Assembly (NCBI RefSeq): GCF_001194135.2 | Contig: NC_068981.1 | Location: 15,095,456-15,159,455 of the forward strand | Direction of reading: 5' to 3' | DNA: 64,000 bases | DNA from: Octopus bimaculoides | Taxonomy: Eukaryota | Shown: piece after piece, positions 13,280 to 25,630 of the stretch | Position numbering within the stretch: the stretch's first letter is position 1 | Layout of the letters: the number at the start of each line of letters is the position of its first letter | The notes under the pieces: model-generated | What the model was told of the DNA's origin: nothing | The model's input: only the letters and a program-made list of their open reading frames with translations | The model's database searches: none | Position numbers and translations under genes: made by a program

Positions 13280-13615
13280 GACCGTGGTACCTGTTCAAGA
13301 GTGGGGTGTGCCGTCACCTCAGCCGGATCCTCAGGGAAGAGAACTACATAAGCAAGATATAACATGGAATACAGAGCGACATGAGCAAAAGTCTGGTGTT
13401 TGACAATTAAAAGGACCCAATCCAGTTTGAGTACAGTCGTTGGTTGGATACCAAATCAAACAATGGTAACCCTTAAAGCTGTGAGGCGTTCCGGTGCCAT
13501 AGGAGACCATTCACATCCTAGGATACTCTCCAAGTCTCGTAAGTATAGAGGAATACTGGGAGGACCCGAGACCTAAAGATTTCAACCTTTCTCCTCCTGC
13601 TCAGTAAGTTCAAGT
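13280..13615 (-). mobile_element. RTE-type LINE 3' fragment
   Basis: Minus strand LLSRRRKVEIFRSRVLPVFLYTYETW and ...YVVLFPEDPA match the RTE RT C-terminus pattern KVxxFRxxVLPVLLYGxETW...HVARxPxxDPA. Confidence 0.75.
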
Positions 13616-14036
13616 CCTTGTAAGACTTTGGAATTGCAGTTAATGTGGCTGTGGATCACACTGCTAATGCAAGTGAAGCACCAGTAGCTTCGCCACGCAG
13701 AAATGCAACGAAGACAGACGTAGTAGCGTATATAAGAACTATTCATGTATGTCACAAACTGATCTATGTAAAGGAAATCGAGTTCGTTCATATACATTTT
13801 TTAAAACGCTTGAAAATAATGATTATTTAAATAACTACGGGAGACTTATGGAATAGTAAACCAATAAAGCGAACATAATAGAAGTGCATCAGTGTTATCG
13901 ATGAAATCTATCAAGAATTTAGAGTTTAGACAGCAAAACAACAGATTTATGGGTAGTGACTGCAGTTGTCTGAAACGAAGAAAAGTAAAAATATTTAAGA
14001 AATGTACACGTGAAAGTGTGCAAACTTTTTATGAAT

Positions 14037-14037
14037 A

Positions 14038-14123
<86 letters not shown>

Positions 14124-14160
14124 TATATATATCTCTGTATCTATCTCTGTATCTCTGTAT
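14037..14160. repeat. (ATCT)n/(TA)n microsatellite
   Basis: Directly visible. Confidence 0.95.
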
Positions 14161-14817
14161 CTATAAAATGAGTTTTATATGCGAATCATTATTGTATCAT
14201 GTTTTTTATGGCCTAATCCTCATCACCGAATTCTCAATGAAGTTACTTGTCAATATGCACCGAAGTAAACATTTGTGCACGCAGAAAAACAGGGTTGTTT
14301 TTTTTTAATCTACAGGCATATGTGTAAACAATCAATCATTAAGTGAATGAGAGGCGCTCTGTTTATTTAAGTAGAGGTCGAATAAGATATACATCTAGAA
14401 AATGCTGACGAAATTTTTATGGAACTTGTCTGATACAAAATTTATTATTCATTGTCAAGCGTTTACATTAAGACACACGCAATGTGTACATGCATGCGTC
14501 TCCGTATACGTGCGTGATTGAGTTGTGCTGTGTGTGCGTGCGTAAGCGCGTAAGTGTATGATGGTACACTCTCATATGTCTAGTAAAGTATGTATCAATA
14601 GATATATTAACGCTCAGAAATCAGAAATCACACGAGCGTGCATACACACTCCAACAATGCATATTTACATATATACATGAGCACACGCACACACAAAAAA
14701 AACACACTCACACAAATTTATATCTTTTATGTATATCTCCAGATATATACATGTATATATAAATATATACATTCATATATATATATATAAACATATATAC
14801 AGGTATGTATGTGCATG

Positions 14818-14819
<2 letters not shown>

Positions 14820-14892
<73 letters not shown>

Positions 14893-14903
14893 TAGATAGA
14901 TAA

Positions 14904-14942
<39 letters not shown>

Positions 14943-14985
14943 CATAAATTGATAGATAGATAGGTAGATAGATAGATAGATAGAT
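14820..14985. repeat. Compound (TA)n-(GA)n-(GATA)n microsatellite
   Basis: Directly visible. Confidence 0.95.
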
Positions 14986-15668
14986 ACGTATAATTCGTCA
15001 ATGTATATATGTATATACGACTCTGTCTTTGATAGTACTAATGGCAGAGACATTTCTAATGTTGTAGACATCAGATCAATAAGGTTTGCGGTGCGAAGGG
15101 GGCTGCTAGTGAAGAAGAGTTCAACGGACAAAAGCTTTGAAAGAGAATCCATTAAGAATGTTTATTTAGAGACAGTCTAAACTCAGATACATTACAAATG
15201 TATTAACTGAAATAGTGTGTTGAATATTGCATTGTGCGATGTGAAGAAAACTCTTTGATTCTTCAAATTGGAAAACTTACTGAGTTGTAAATCGTTAAGT
15301 ACTTGGTCGTACTACTAGAATTAGCAGCCAATCAACCTCAAAATTCACCCAAGTTTCTCTTGAAAATAAGAAACAAGAATCACTTGTTAGATACTTGAGT
15401 CTAAAATAAATTCTCCAAAAAATGTGGATAATTGGTAACTGGTGAATGGTCGTATTTTTGTTCATTTGATCAGAAATAATTGGGGAATTGACTACAAATG
15501 TAAAACAATTTCAACAAATAAATGTACACTAGTGCGGGAAAGCAAACATCGTTTGAAAGTTTGGTGATTAATGACTATATTTCAATTCGTTAATTCCTCT
15601 AATCTATGTAATTAGACAGGTTTCATAGACATATATATATGCACTTCCAAATGGCAGGACCTACTTAC

Positions 15669-15833
15669 ATACAAGCGCAAGTAGCATTAGCATTTCATTA
15701 GCAATTAGCATTTCAGGGGAAAATTGGAAGTATAAATTTGATTGCATAACTCAAGAACTGACAACTGCTATCTCACGTATGTCGAAATTGTAAAGTAACA
15801 GACATGAAATAATTTGATGAGGAGAAAATATGT
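15669..15833 (-). other. Candidate exon (165 nt) with strong splice sites, possibly containing a start codon
   Basis: Acceptor gttttgattccttgtttctacAG, donor GTAAGT. All three frames have stops early. After an in-frame TGA, an ATG opens MQSNLYFQFSPEMLIANEMLMLLALV, ending in phase 1. Confidence 0.35.
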
Positions 15834-17032
15834 CTGTAGAAACAAGGAATCAAAACGGAAGCTCACTACATTGTGACTTGACGTATTCAAATTACCGAAT
15901 CTCTCATTATCTACATTTCGTTTCGGAATGTGGTAATTTTCGATCGGTGTTTTCGGGCGAATATAGTTCCTGTCAGTATATTTGCGTGCAGGTATGTGCT
16001 TTCATTAAAGCATTCGAACATTTTAGCTCTTATTTCTAGCAATGTATGTGTTCTAATACCTTAGTCAAATTTAGTGACAATTATAGGGTTTATTAATTTT
16101 ATATATATATATATCAAATGGTGTACATTTAAATACGAGAGAAACTACTTTTAACAGGTAATTTTACTCGCTAGAAGAAGCAGTGAAAACGACCCAAACC
16201 ACATTTAAAACAATTTCAAAGGGAATGGAAAACAAAAACTTTAACCTTGTTATTTTTTTTACGGTTATGCTTACATTTCGAAATTTTTAGCAAATAAAAT
16301 AATTTGCTAGGCGGAATTCTCTCTCCCGTTANNNNNNNNNNNNNNNNNNNNNNNNNNNNNNNNNNNNNNNNNNNNNNNNNNNNNNNNNNNNNNNNNNNNN
16401 NNNNNNNNNNNNNNNNNNNNNNNNNNNNNNNNNNNNNNNNNNNNNNNNNNNNNNNNNNNNNNNNNNNNNNNNNNNNNNNNNNNNNNNNNNNNNNNNNNNN
16501 NNNNNNNNNNNNNNNNNNNNNNNNNNNNNNNNNNNNNNNNNNNNNNNNNNNNNNNNNNNNNNNNNNNNNNNNNNNNNNNNATATATATATATATATATAT
16601 ACATAGAGAGAGAGAGAGAGAAAGAGAGAAAGAGAAAGATATCACTAGCAGTGCACCAGTGATGACACAGCATTAGGGCTGAAACACATAACAGAATAAC
16701 ACAATATGTATGTGTGTGTGTACGTATGTACAAGCAAACACATATACACGCGCCCGTACACACATGCCACCCCCCCCCCATATACGCATGAACACATGCG
16801 CACGCATACACATGCTCATGCTCACGCACAGTTAGATATCAATTTATTCAACATATATCAAACAAGATGGTTTAACTGTCTTTGACCGAAACGTTATAAG
16901 GATGAACGTGCGCGTTTGCTAAGAAAACAAAGAGAAAACCAAAACTGCGATCTTATGTATATGAAAAATGACATAATCAGTATTTAAAAAAAAACACGCA
17001 CACAGACACACATACCGAGGCATACTTGCTTG

Positions 17033-17416
17033 CTTGCTGGCACTCCGTCGCTTGCGACGACGAGGGTTCCAGTTGATCCGATCAACGGAACAGCCTGCTC
17101 GTTAAATCAACGTGCATGTGGCTGAGCACTCCATAAACACGTGTACCCTTAATGTAGTTCTCGGGAATATTCAGCGTGACACAGTGTGACAAGGCTGGAC
17201 CTTTCAATTACAGGCACAACAGAAACAGGAAGTAAGAGTGAGAGAAAGTTGTGGTGGAAGAGTACAGCAGGGTTCGCCACCATCCCCTGCTGGCACTTCG
17301 TGGGGCTTTAGGTGTTTTCGCTCAATAAACACTCATAACGTCCGGTCTGGGAATCGAAACCGCGATCCTATGACCACGAGTCCGCTGCCCTAACCACTGG
17401 GTCATTGCGCCTCCAC
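17033..17416 (-). mobile_element. tRNA-derived SINE family 3, near full length
   Basis: Minus strand gtggaggcgcaatgacccagtggttagggcagcggactcg...gcggtttcgattcccagaccgg has an A-box (tgacccagtgg) and a B-box (gtttcgattcc). A non-tRNA body follows, ending ...caactggaaccctcgtcgtcgcaagcgacggagtgccagcaag. Confidence 0.85.
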
Positions 17417-18031
17417 ACCGATTCATACACTTACGTATAAACACACACAGTTGTAGACCGTACACACACTCACNNNNNNNNNNNNNNNNNNNNNNNNNNN
17501 NNNNNNNNNNNNNNNNNNNNNNNNNNNNNNNNNNNNNNNNNNNNNNNNNNNNNNNNNNNNNNNNNNNNNNNNNNNNNNNNNNNNNNNNNNNNNNNNNNNN
17601 NNNNNNNNNNNNNNNNNNNNNNNNNNNNNNNNNNNNNNNNNNNNNNNNNNNNNNNNNNNNNNNNNNNNNNNNNNNNNNNNNNNNNNNNNNNNNNNNNNNN
17701 NNNNNNNNNNNNNNNNNNNNNNNNNNNNNNNNNNNNNNNNNNNNNNNNNNNNNNNNNNNNNNNNNNNNNNNNNNNNNNNNNNNNNNNNNNNNNNNNNNNN
17801 NNNNNNNNNNNNNNNNNNNNNNNNNNNNNNNNNNNNNNNNNNNNNNNNNNNNNNNNNNNNNNNNNNNNNNNNNNNNNNNNNNNNNNNNNNNNNNNNNNNN
17901 NNNNNNNNNNNNNNNNNNNNNNNNNNNNNNNNNNNNNNNNNNNNNNNNNNNNNNNNNNNNNNNNNNNNNNNNNNNNNNNNNNNNNNNNNNNNNNNNNNNN
18001 NNNNNNNNNNNTATAACTTAACAAATATAAG

Positions 18032-18202
18032 GGTAACAATAATTGAATATTTATTTACCAGTGGTTAACATGCGTAATAAGAGACAGAAGATAAATATTG
18101 TTTAAATATAATAGTGTATGAAACATCCACGTAGGTTTCATGTCTTCTGACTTTCATTACGCATGCTAGCCACTAGTAAATAATTGTCTAATAATTGTTA
18201 CC
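18032..18202. mobile_element. Foldback/MITE-like element with ~60 bp imperfect arms
   Basis: tatttaccagtggttaacatgcgtaataagagacagaaga (to 18091) vs the reverse complement of tcttctgactttcattacgcatgctagccactagtaaata (from 18143). The outer ggtaacaat/attgttacc also pair. Confidence 0.75.
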
Positions 18203-20249
18203 ATTATATTTATAAAGTAAAATATTTAGATCCGTCAGCCAGATGTATACGCTTGAATTTATTCACTGCTGTACTATTGTGATGTCGCACGTTGTTTTGA
18301 GGGAATCCTGAGGTGAATCCATGATGTATAAACGTGGAACTAAGTGCGTATGTGCTTTATTTTTTGCTTTCGGTTCGTATTGCATTTTTATGTTTATGCA
18401 TTTAATTAGCGACCTTACTGATAAGCTACAGATGATTAAATAGTCAATTAATTATATTAATAGTTGACTCATTTGGTCAGCAATAGTAAAACATAAGTAT
18501 AGCGTTTGCTTTATTTTATTCACTCGAATGTCTTGCACGTGTAGAAATCAACGTTCTTGAATGTAAGAATGTGGTTTCATGGCTTCAGGCTTCAACTTCC
18601 ATTTTTAGCATGCAAGAAATGCACATGGTGGTTTTCTCTTCATGTATGTTTCATACACTTATATGTGTATGTGTGTGTCTGTGGGTCTGTGTGTGTGTAT
18701 GTCTGTGTGTGTGCGTTTGTGTGTGCATTCTTTTGTTCATTTAGTGGTTTCAGTGAAAGATATGTGGCCATGCAGGTGCACCCTCTTATGTTTGCTTTTT
18801 ATTTACCGATTTATTGCTAATGATTTTCAGTTGTATTTTCAAGTGTTTTTTTTTAATAAGTTGCATGTTAGTTTGTGTCTGTAGCAACCAATCTTCCCTG
18901 AAATTAACCTTAAATAATTAACTGCTCTGGTTAGGAGTTCATCCAATGATTTCTTGAATGATTTTACAGAAATCACTTTTTGTTTTTCATATATATATGT
19001 AGGCATTTGAATACTGATCTGAACATCAGATTGCTGCGCTATTGTATCCTTGCTCATAAGTCTACCAGTTCTTTCATTAAAGTTCAAATTAATGCTGAAG
19101 TTAATAATATTTCTTTTCAGGATCATCCATATATAAGTAAATAACAGTACATGTCTCTCTGCGATGACCAATGTAGTCAAAACTTTGAACATTATAATGT
19201 TCCCAGTAATCAAACATTTTAACTGAAGTTATCTTACTTGTACACGGTTTCTGTAACCATACAATTTCTTTTATGATACTGGGTGGATATAGAACCAGCT
19301 GTGAATAATACTCTAATCTACTCGAAATGAACGGTTTCTATTGATTCAGAATAACTATTGGTTCAAGCGATTTGACGACTACCAGGATTCGTGTGATGAG
19401 TTTTTTTGCTTTCGGATATCAAGTTTAGAGATCATTTGACATTATTGAACCTAAAACCCATATTTTGCTTGAGCATTAAGTTATTTGTATGTACGATTTT
19501 GGTTCATTGAGCTAGAATTCATTTTGAGGTGTACTTAGAAAATGTGATTAAAATTATTGTCCATAGGCTTATATGCTTGTTCTTTTGACCTTTTGAACTT
19601 ATTCAAAACTTACTTTTGTTCAATACGATTTGTTTTATTCTTTATTTCCCCAGGTGTCTAATCCCCATATGATTCATTTTTATTATATTTTCTATATATA
19701 TTTCATAAACGTTTTAAGTGGTTTATTTCTTATAAATTTAAGTACCTTACCACATCTTCTTATCCCTTTCTGTTGTTTCTTAACAGTAACTAAATTCCCT
19801 GAAGTTCGTCCTAGTAACTTCAATGATATGAAACAACATATATTTTTCACCTGACCATACCAAGCTAATTTTATTTAATCTCAATCTTCCATACATTGTA
19901 TATACAAGAAGCAAATTTTGAGTTTATATTAGGATATGAATCGTTGATGTAACTGTTATGTTCTGGTAATCAAATGAAATAGATTCCTTTATTTATGTCG
20001 GTTTGAGAAAATAAAATGTTATTGTATAGTGTGTAGCGTGCATACTAATACAACATTTGTAAACTATTTAGCTCGCACTAAAATTATTACTGCACGAAGA
20101 AGTCTGAGAAACGGCTGTAAATAAGTATATTCTTTTACCTACCTCCCGTTATTTTATGATTCATAGGCATATATAAATATTCGTATANNNNNNNNNNNNN
20201 NNNNNNNNNNNNNNNNNNNNNNNNNNNNNNNNNNNNNNNNNNNNNNNNN

Positions 20250-20320
<71 letters not shown>

Positions 20321-20822
20321 ATATAAAGTAAAATAAGGATTCAGATAGAATCACGTACTTGAAAATATATGCAGCAGGTAGCGTGGGATAAACCTGCGGA
20401 TCTGGCCTATGGTTGGTAAGTATCATACAGGATATTCATGTTTTGCATACAGAGATAACCACCCCTATGAATATTTAGTACCTAAAGGCTACTCAAAAGC
20501 ATGCGTTACGTTGTTGGTATACTTTAGGGTGTCCAACAAGTCGTGAAACAACTTGGTGTATTGTAATGAAATAAAAAATAACAGACGATGGTTAAATGTC
20601 AGCTCGTTACAGCTGTTTCTTACGCATTTTCTAATAGAAGAATAAGAACTACTCCATTAGAGAAAAAAAAACGTAAGCAACAGATCAAACAGTTTTTCAA
20701 ACAAAAGTATATCCCAAGAGAAGAAGAAGGATGTATCTGAAGTCTGTCGAGGCAATTCTCATTCTTCTATCAAAAATGCGTAGGAAACAATTGTCTATCA
20801 TCTCTTATTATTCCTTGATTTT

Positions 20823-20870
<48 letters not shown>

Positions 20871-20992
20871 TTATTTATGGGTTTCAGCCAAGTGGCTGTG
20901 GTCATGCTGGAGCACCACCGTGATTTTTTCTCTCTTTATGCTTTGCTCTCTTCACGTTCCTTGCATGGCTCTTCTCCTACACCTGATATAGT
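20871..20992 (-). mobile_element. SINE-like repeat 3' end (same family as 11-200), truncated by a gap
   Basis: gtttcagccaagtggctgtggtcatgctggagcaccaccgtg...ttcacgttccttgcatggctcttctcc matches 11-95. Confidence 0.7.
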
Positions 20993-21659
20993 NNNNNNNN
21001 NNNNNNNNNNNNNNNNNNNNNNNNNNNNNNNNNNNNNNNNNNNNNNNNNNNNNNNNNNNNNNNNNNNNNNNNNNNNNNNNNNNNNNNNNNNNNNNNNNNN
21101 NNNNNNNNNNNNNNNNNNNNNNNNNNNNNNNNNNNNNNNNNNNNNNNNNNNNNNNNNNNNNNNNNNNNNNNNNNNNNNNNNNNNNNNNNNNNNNNNNNNN
21201 NNNNNNNNNNNNNNNNNNNNNNNNNNNNNNNNNNNNNNNNNNNNNNNNNNNNNNNNNNNNNNNNNNNNNNNNNNNNNNNNNNNNNNNNNNNNNNNNNNNN
21301 NNNNNNNNNNNNNNNNNNNNNNNNNNNNNNNNNNNNNNNNNNNNNNNNNNNNNNNNNNNNNNNNNNNNNNNNNNNNNNNNNNNNNNNNNNNNNNNNNNNN
21401 NNNNNNNNNNNNNNNNNNNNNNNNNNNNNNNNNNNNNNNNNNNNNNNNNNNNNNNNNNNNNNNNNNNNNNNNNNNNNNNNNNNNNNNNNNNNNNNNNNNN
21501 NNNNNNNNNNNNNNNNNNNNNNNNNNNNNNNNNNNNNNNNNNNNNNNNNNNNNNNNNNNNNNNNNNNNNNNNNNNNNNNNNNNNNNNNNNNNNNNNNNNN
21601 NNNNNNNNNNNNNNNNNNNNNNNNNNNNNNNNNNNNNNNNNNNNNNNNNNNNNNNNNNN

Positions 21660-21722
<63 letters not shown>

Positions 21723-21918
21723 TGACAGACATATATATATACATATGTATATACATCTCTATGCGTGTGAGCGAGAGAGAGGGAGAGAAGGGGAGAGAGA
21801 TTGTGTGTATTTCTGCATAAGTAAAGCTTCGGGCTAATTGGTAGGACAAGAAGCTAATGATCATAAAGCTCTGATTCCAGTTTCTTTATCTTGGTACAAA
21901 ATGCCACGTGGTACTCAC

Positions 21919-21998
21919 TTCTTTCCTGCAAGAGTCAGCGGTACTTCATGCATCATTCATATATATGCAAAACAGTGGAAATCTTCACTGTTTGTGAA
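21919..21998 (-). other. Candidate non-coding or 5'UTR exon (80 nt)
   Basis: Acceptor tatgttttcattcttAG, donor GTGAGT. Stops occur in all three frames; a late ATG would open MMHEVPLTLAGK. Confidence 0.3.
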
Positions 21999-22935
21999 CT
22001 AAGAATGAAAACATACTTTCTATACTACTGATAAGCCTAGACGTGAAGGTAGTCTCCTGACACCCATTTTTAAGCTTCCTTGACTGCTCCTTATACATAC
22101 GATGTGTTGCACATTAGAAATATTTGTGAATCAATATATGCACATATACAGTAACTTACTCCATGCTTGTTGTATAGTTAATAACAACTTACCCTTTTGT
22201 TTCTGCACATTTGAAAATAGTTTTGTATTATTTCTTCAAGCAACGTGAGGTATTTCAATGGCTAAAACTATTTACTTCCTGGTATTTTAGAATTATTTCT
22301 TCAAGTAAATTACAGCATTTCAATGGTGAAACCTATTTTATTCCTGATGATTTAAGGTTGTTTGAGCTATCAAACCCACTCAGGTGTAGAGATGTAGATG
22401 TACATTTGCATTTAGATCATATTGATGCAAGAATGCATATAATATGCATAGCACCCTGCAATTGCCAGATGATACTAATGTGTAGAAACAATTGTAGTGA
22501 CTACGATTAAAACCAGTTCATTCGATCTACTTGTATTTTAAGCGTATCTATATATCAGATGTGTGCTTTTTATAGCGAAAAGGCCGGATATATTTTAGAA
22601 GAGGGTAACAAATCCGGCAAACGGCTCAGCAGGAATATTTGAATTCTTCTAATCTATGTTGCTTTGTGCATAGCATGTGTGTGTGTGTGTGTGCTCGCAC
22701 GCACGCGCATGCGTGCCCGTCCGTATTACGAGCAGTATCTCAGAAGAGCTTATAGTTTCGTTTCATAATTATGATTTCCCAGTTTCTATTTAACAGCATG
22801 GTACCGTCATTTTTTTCTATCCTTTGATCCTTTGAGTTCAATTCTATATTTAAGAGATGAAGAATTATGCACATTATTTACATTACTTCCAGTATTTACA
22901 TTTGGCGGATATTTGTCCTTACCCTATTTGTTGTT

Positions 22936-22981
22936 AACACAACGTTTCGGCTGATATACCCACCAGCCTTCATCAGGTATC
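22936..22981 (-). ncRNA. Type I minimal hammerhead ribozyme (PLE type), core intact
   Basis: Minus strand GAUAC-CUGAUGA-A-GGCUG(GUGGGUAUAU)CAGCC-GAAA-CGUU-GUGUU. Stem II is a perfect 5 bp; stem I is 5 bp (3 Watson-Crick, 2 GU); stem III is the loopless palindrome ACGU; cleavage triplet GUU. Confidence 0.7.
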
Positions 22982-23031
22982 TTGGGGAAATATACTTTAA
23001 GAATGAGAACCCAGGTTCAAAATTTCCCGAA

Positions 23032-23077
23032 GACACCTGGTGAAGGCTGGAGGGTATATCACCTGAAACGTTGTGTT
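23032..23077 (+). ncRNA. Mutated hammerhead copy (core CUGGUGA, weakened stem II)
   Basis: GACAC-CUGGUGA-A-GGCUG(GAGGGUAUAU)CACCU-GAAA-CGUU-GUGUU. Confidence 0.5.
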
Positions 23078-23666
23078 AACAACAAACAAGATGAGGCAAA
23101 TATCCGTCAAATGTAAATAATGTAAATATCCTTTGAGTTTCCTGGAAATACGAAAATTGTAAAGGAAACCGAAGTCTGAGGCAGCCGTGTTTGCAGATTA
23201 CCTCGTCACTTGCACGCGAAGTCATTGCGCCACGTGATTTATTTAAATGAAAACGGAACCTTTTTGTTGAAGATTCTTTATGTAAAAAGTAATTTGGCAT
23301 TGAAGTGATGGACCACTGAATACTTTTAATAAATTTCATATTTATATGAAGCATCATTTTGTAAGAACATCCAACGTCACGAATTCTCGTCATATTGCTA
23401 ACAGTTTCCATAGTGATTGATTTTGTAGTTGTTGATATATACTTATATATAGCGTGATCCTGGTTAGATCAGCCAACATATCTATCCGTGTGTAAATTCC
23501 ATGGAAATAAGGATTGATGAAGCGAGACAGAGACATATTGAAATGACACGCCTCTGATATTATCACAATATTATGGGAAGATTAAACGCAAGTATACAAC
23601 TCTCACACATTTATAAATATACTTACGTATAACTATAGAGACGTATACATACATAAATATGTATGC

Positions 23667-23705
<39 letters not shown>

Positions 23706-23722
23706 AACACACNNNNNNNNNN

Positions 23723-23793
<71 letters not shown>

Positions 23794-25524
23794 GTTTGCA
23801 TGTATACATTTGTGTATATATGTGTGTATGAATATATATGTGTGTGAACGCAGATGTGTATAAATAGATAAGTAGATAGATAGGTATCAATGACGTCAAA
23901 CAGTTAGATATAACGATATTGATATATATAAATAGATGGGAAGATTTAATTTCATAATATACGCTATGGAACTTCTATAAATTTCAAAGCCATATTTCAA
24001 AGTGAAATATTGAAATGATTATACATGTTTCTGTCAATGATGATTTGAAACAAATCAATTTTAATCGCCGAGTTTTAGTATCAAATTCTTTAAATAATCA
24101 CAAAAAAATATAACATATCGCTGAATGGTTATTTTTGTTTCACTCATGGACTAGTTTCCACTTACAGGAAGGATGGTAGGATATCAGGGGAACATTTTAA
24201 ATGAGATATTATGCTTTGATAAATTTTATATGTTTTCTACTTTTGAAGTCACCGATGTGTGTCAATATGAAATATGTCGGTCATAGTGATGTATTACATA
24301 CGGCTGATGAAACTGAAGTGATCATTGATGCACGCAATCTATATCTCACATTAATTTAATATTGTTTCAAATATCATAGATTCTTTACAAGATATGAAGG
24401 ATTTTAACTGTTTAACGCTTGGTAAATCTCTGTACATATGTGTTTATTTTCTCACTGTCGACTTGGTTAGTTCCATGAAAATCTCTGCTTGATATTCGAT
24501 TTAAATTGCGTTACCATGACAACAACTACGTTACGTACTGCAAGAAGAGACAAGGACCACATTTAATTAATATATTGGTGTATCGTATTGCTTAGGATAT
24601 GCTTTTCTCCGGTAGCTTGTACACCTACTCAACTTCTATACACACTAAGGAAAATCCTGTTGAGTAGTAAGCGTCAGGGGAGTCACCTAGATATTGTTGA
24701 CCGACATTTTTGTCATTTATATAGAGCTTCTGTTCAGTAAAATGAATGCGCAAGAATGGTAATCGGCATTTCAGTTTAATAGCTATCGTGGAACATTTTA
24801 TCCTTGAAGAGAGATTTACATTATATTCACACGATATTCTATGATGTAAAATATACAGTCACATACCTATTCCTAGACAAAACGCCGTGAAAGTCGTTCA
24901 AACGGGTTCGAATACGCCTCAAGCAGATCTGAACTGGTTACAAGTTTGTATTTTATACACATCAATCACTGCTTAGCACTGTCACACCGTATTTTATTTA
25001 CGGCAAGCTGCTGATTACCGTTACCAGTCATTGAGAGATGACGGAATGTCATAAGGGAGATACGGCCTCTCGTGGCTTCTCGAAGTGCCGCCCTATTTGG
25101 TTTCGCTGGCTGAAGAAGAGATAACTACTCCGAAATGCAATATCTCCTAAAGTTTGGACAATGTGGCGGTGCGAGTTGATTCATCATATTTACACCCATT
25201 TGTCAGCGGTGTAAAATGTTCACCATTGCAAAACACAGTGGACGGATTTCTTACGAGTTCGAATATGCCTCAAGCAGATTTGAACTGATAACGACTTTGC
25301 ACATACTGTCTTAGGAATCTGACGTATTCTAAGCAAAGTATCAAGCTTTAATTCTTTATTTCAACGGAAGGAAACCATTTTGATTGAGTCAACTCACTTT
25401 CTAACCGGATTCAATGCCCGGTATATAGTTCATTCATTTCGTTTCGTAAAGATACTTCTGATGAATATCTTAGTTTCAGGGACATGATAGGCTGGCTCCA
25501 GATCCTGCCTTTTAATATACAACA

Positions 25525-25630
25525 TGAAATTGAATTCAAATTCCAGCGAGGTCGAATTGGCTTTCATAATTTCTTGGTCGATGAAGTAAATATCAGTTGC
25601 CCCGGTATTTGCAGGCCTTCTACCAAAACT
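25525..25630 (+). mobile_element. SINE family 2, degenerate copy
   Basis: ttcaaattccagcgaggtcgaattggctttcataatttcttggtcgatgaagtaaatatcagttg aligns with the copy at 33619-33767. Confidence 0.7.

Larger units (their letters stand above)
22871..23130. mobile_element. Palindromic PLE-derived element carrying two inverted hammerhead motifs
   Basis: Arms ~22893-22991 and ~23021-23119 are reverse complements at roughly 85% identity by eye, with a ~29 nt spacer. Confidence 0.85.

Noticed and set aside
17330-17416. tRNA-like sequence (also at ~10977 and ~62415)
   Set aside because: These are SINE heads with A/B boxes but no complete cloverleaf or acceptor stem; not tRNA genes.
18839-19213. 124-aa minus-strand ORF
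   Set aside because: TTG start, no recognisable motif and weak splice sites. Phase-compatible with the 21919 exon, but that has a 1-in-3 chance; not supportable.
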